Both the position numbers and the translations under genes were made by a program. The notes under the pieces are model-generated. The model was not told where the DNA came from and did no database searches. It saw nothing but the letters and a program-made list of their open reading frames with translations. Positions 16,247 through 18,135 of a stretch of DNA of 18,135 bases are shown here, piece by piece. This DNA comes from Planctomycetota bacterium (GTDB lineage: Bacteria > Planctomycetota > SZUA-567 > H5-PLA8): positions 1 through 18,135 of the forward strand of contig BTVV01000124.1 of assembly GCA_045863855.1 (NCBI GenBank), read 5' to 3'. The first letter of the stretch is position 1, and every line of letters begins with the position of its first letter.

Positions 16247-16474
16247 GCCAGCTTGAACCTACGATCCGATCTTGGGAATCAAAGACCGCCATGCTCTCTC
16301 AGCGGAAAGTTCCGACGCCAATTCGGGAATGGGGGCTCGAAAAGGCGTTATCGAAAGGGCCTGGTTTACGATGCCAAATTGGGAATCCGCCCAGGGAGCG
16401 CCACGGAAATTTCTGGCAATTCGGTAAAACACCCCAGCGAACGCCGAACATCCAGTGAAAACTAATTTGGGAAA
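16231..16474 (+). repeat. Run of about six degenerate 14-nt motifs, consensus near GCCAATTCGGGAAT
   Basis: Copies start at about 16231, 16266, 16317, 16373, 16415 and 16461, with another at 14657. TTCCGACGCCAATTCGG at 16310-16326 is identical to 14650-14666. Confidence 0.6.
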
Positions 16475-16544
16475 AAGTTCGATCAGAATTTAGTCGGGTA
16501 CACATTACGGCGGTGACCCAACCTGATCAAGCTCGACATCCGCG

Positions 16545-16916
16545 TCATGCGGACCGTGCGGCTGATCGCGTAGCACGCTTAAACCTAAAGCTCGATATAT
16601 TCATTATATAGAATACTGCCACATTGACTACCGCAACAAATATAATGTTAGTCGCAACAAAATGCCACGACCAACATTTACTTGTTCCCCCCCATACGCT
16701 CGGTAGCCCATGCCGCTCTATTTGCATTTCCCCAGTCATGCTTACATACTCGTACATAATCATGGGCCAGCCGGCTTTAATAGTAACAATCGCCACGTTA
16801 TCTGGGTCGTGTTCAATAATATCAACGCTACTGCTCGGCATAAGATTTAAGCCCATTATGACTCCCGTCAACAGAACGCAAATAATATACGCGACCAAGG
16901 ATATTCTCATACTCAT
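16545..16916 (-). CDS. Candidate RHS immunity/partner protein with two hydrophobic segments, 123 aa
   Basis: ATG 16916 overlaps the RHS TGA (ATGA). AT-rich like the RHS tip. Hydrophobic stretches ISLVAYIICVLLTGVIMGL and FVATNIIFVAVVNVAVFYIM. Confidence 0.7.
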   Translation of the reverse strand: MSMRISLVAYIICVLLTGVIMGLNLMPSSSVDIIEHDPDNVAIVTIKAGWPMIMYEYVSMTGEMQIERHGLPSVWGGTSKCWSWHFVATNIIFVAVVNVAVFYIMNISSFRFKRATRSAARSA

Positions 16917-18135
16917 CCACCAGTCCATTTCGCTTTATCACACAGTTCTTTCAGCATTACCTCCTCGCCCTTCTTGTTCTTGATTTTCGAGCCTCCATCC
17001 TCTTTTGATGGCCTCAGGTTGCTTGGAACCTTAGCAGTTCCTTTCCGCAGACCGCCTTCACCAACACTCCAATCCAGCTCGTAACCCCACTTCATCGCCC
17101 CCAGAAACTTTCGAGGCTCATAGCAACAAAACACCGTATAGAACTCAGTTCGGACCACGTAATGAGGATTGGTTCTTCCAAGTCCCTCTCTCACTCGCTT
17201 CCAATTTGCATACTCCCTATAGCCGGGCGCGTCTTCAACAAAAGGAGTCTTTCCTGCTTGGCCTGGTGCAGCCGAAGCCTCATCTTCTTTTTTCTTTCTC
17301 ACATTAGTATACCAATATCCATCTCTTGGGTTTTTGTCCAAATCCCACTCTCCCCACTTGAACTCTCCACCTTCCTCGGTTTGTGTGCCTTCTCTAAAAA
17401 ATTGCACCACTTCAACATTCTCGCACCCGCATTCCTTCACTTGCATCTCAACTACCAACCCGGCCCCGATGCCAAGATCTTCTCCTTTCGGTTCTCTTGC
17501 CTCCCGAAGAGTAATATCAACCGTTACAGTGACCTCTCCAAGTTCAACGTCAATGGGATCCCCAAATGGATCAGTAAATACAAGAGGCATACCAAACTGA
17601 TATTGATAGAAACTCGGGTCTAAATACTCATTCAACCACCTCCCCACAAACCTCCCCAACTCCGCCGAGTAATACCGGTTCTTGTAGTACATCAGGCCCG
17701 TCTCGGCATCCAAGCGCTGCCCCGTGTAGAACCACGGGTTCCCAATCGCCGAAGTCGACGCCGTCACGTCATCGCCCGTAAACCACGTCGCGTCCGTCCC
17801 CGCCCCCGTGATGATCGTCGGCTTACCGTACGCGTCGTAGCTCTTCACGGCCTCGACGATGTTCCCCGAGGCGTTCGTGATCGCGTGGACGGAGTAGAGG
17901 TGGTTGGAATGGTAGTAATACTTGGTTCCGGCCGAATTGCGCATCATCAGGACTTCATCGAGGTAGGTCCCGAACACGAACAGCCGATCCGGCGAAGCCA
18001 CGTTCGCGCCGTTGTCGTACTCCGAGATGCACCGCCAGCCGTCGTAAACGAAGACCGTCGAATTTCCGTCGAAGGTCTTCTTCACGCGCCGGCGGAACGC
18101 ATCGTAAACATAATCGGCCGTGTTCGCGCCGACCG
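16913..18135 (-). CDS. RHS/YD-repeat protein, 3' part (open past the window edge), with a ~215-aa variable C-terminal domain
   Basis: The frame is open to the edge (YVYDAFRRRVKK). Motifs FVYDGWRCISEYD, YYYHSNHLYSV, SYDAYG, NPWFYTGQRLDAETGLMYYKNRYYSAELGRF and TDPFG (17561-17572), then an AT-richer tip. Confidence 0.95.
   Translation of the reverse strand, partial: VGANTADYVYDAFRRRVKKTFDGNSTVFVYDGWRCISEYDNGANVASPDRLFVFGTYLDEVLMMRNSAGTKYYYHSNHLYSVHAITNASGNIVEAVKSYDAYGKPTIITGAGTDATWFTGDDVTASTSAIGNPWFYTGQRLDAETGLMYYKNRYYSAELGRFVGRWLNEYLDPSFYQYQFGMPLVFTDPFGDPIDVELGEVTVTVDITLREAREPKGEDLGIGAGLVVEMQVKECGCENVEVVQFFREGTQTEEGGEFKWGEWDLDKNPRDGYWYTNVRKKKEDEASAAPGQAGKTPFVEDAPGYREYANWKRVREGLGRTNPHYVVRTEFYTVFCCYEPRKFLGAMKWGYELDWSVGEGGLRKGTAKVPSNLRPSKEDGGSKIKNKKGEEVMLKELCDKAKWTGG

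Noticed and set aside
14606..16458. Similar-starting ORFs 14606-14908 and 16180-16458 (MPAPIQRTP / MAAPIRRTP)
   Set aside because: The similarity comes only from the DNA repeat. Neither has a clear RBS, and the first overlaps the sulfatase out of frame.
16231..16474. CRISPR array interpretation of the short repeats
   Set aside because: The repeats are only ~14 nt, degenerate and irregularly spaced, and there are no cas genes in the window.

Overview
GC-rich bacterial DNA; the gene content (sulfatase, RHS protein, secreted HEAT-like protein) suggests a Planctomycetota/PVC-type genome, which is inference only. Roughly 59-14031 looks like an accessory or defence island. It holds an IS21 left-end remnant and an IS3 left-end remnant facing inward around a PLD (HxK) nuclease gene, an IS3-interrupted gene, a PD-(D/E)XK nuclease gene, a secreted protein, a hypothetical gene, and three short minus-strand genes that each have their own -10 box and share intergenic motifs. 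It ends with a translationally coupled pair: a soluble M48-type HExxH metallopeptidase, then a ~1727-aa protein with a degenerate kinase C-lobe, DUF4011, a UPF1-like SF1 helicase and a C-terminal Vsr-like nuclease fold. This pair is the best candidate for an undescribed defence system. To the right lie an XRE-HTH gene coupled to a 40-aa basic ORF, a CxAxR-type sulfatase bracketed by 77-bp direct repeats, a run of short degenerate repeats, and the 3' end of an RHS gene whose first DPxG motif is replaced, followed by a coupled candidate immunity gene. I saw no rRNA, tRNA or CRISPR array. All domain calls come from reading motifs by eye, not from database searches.
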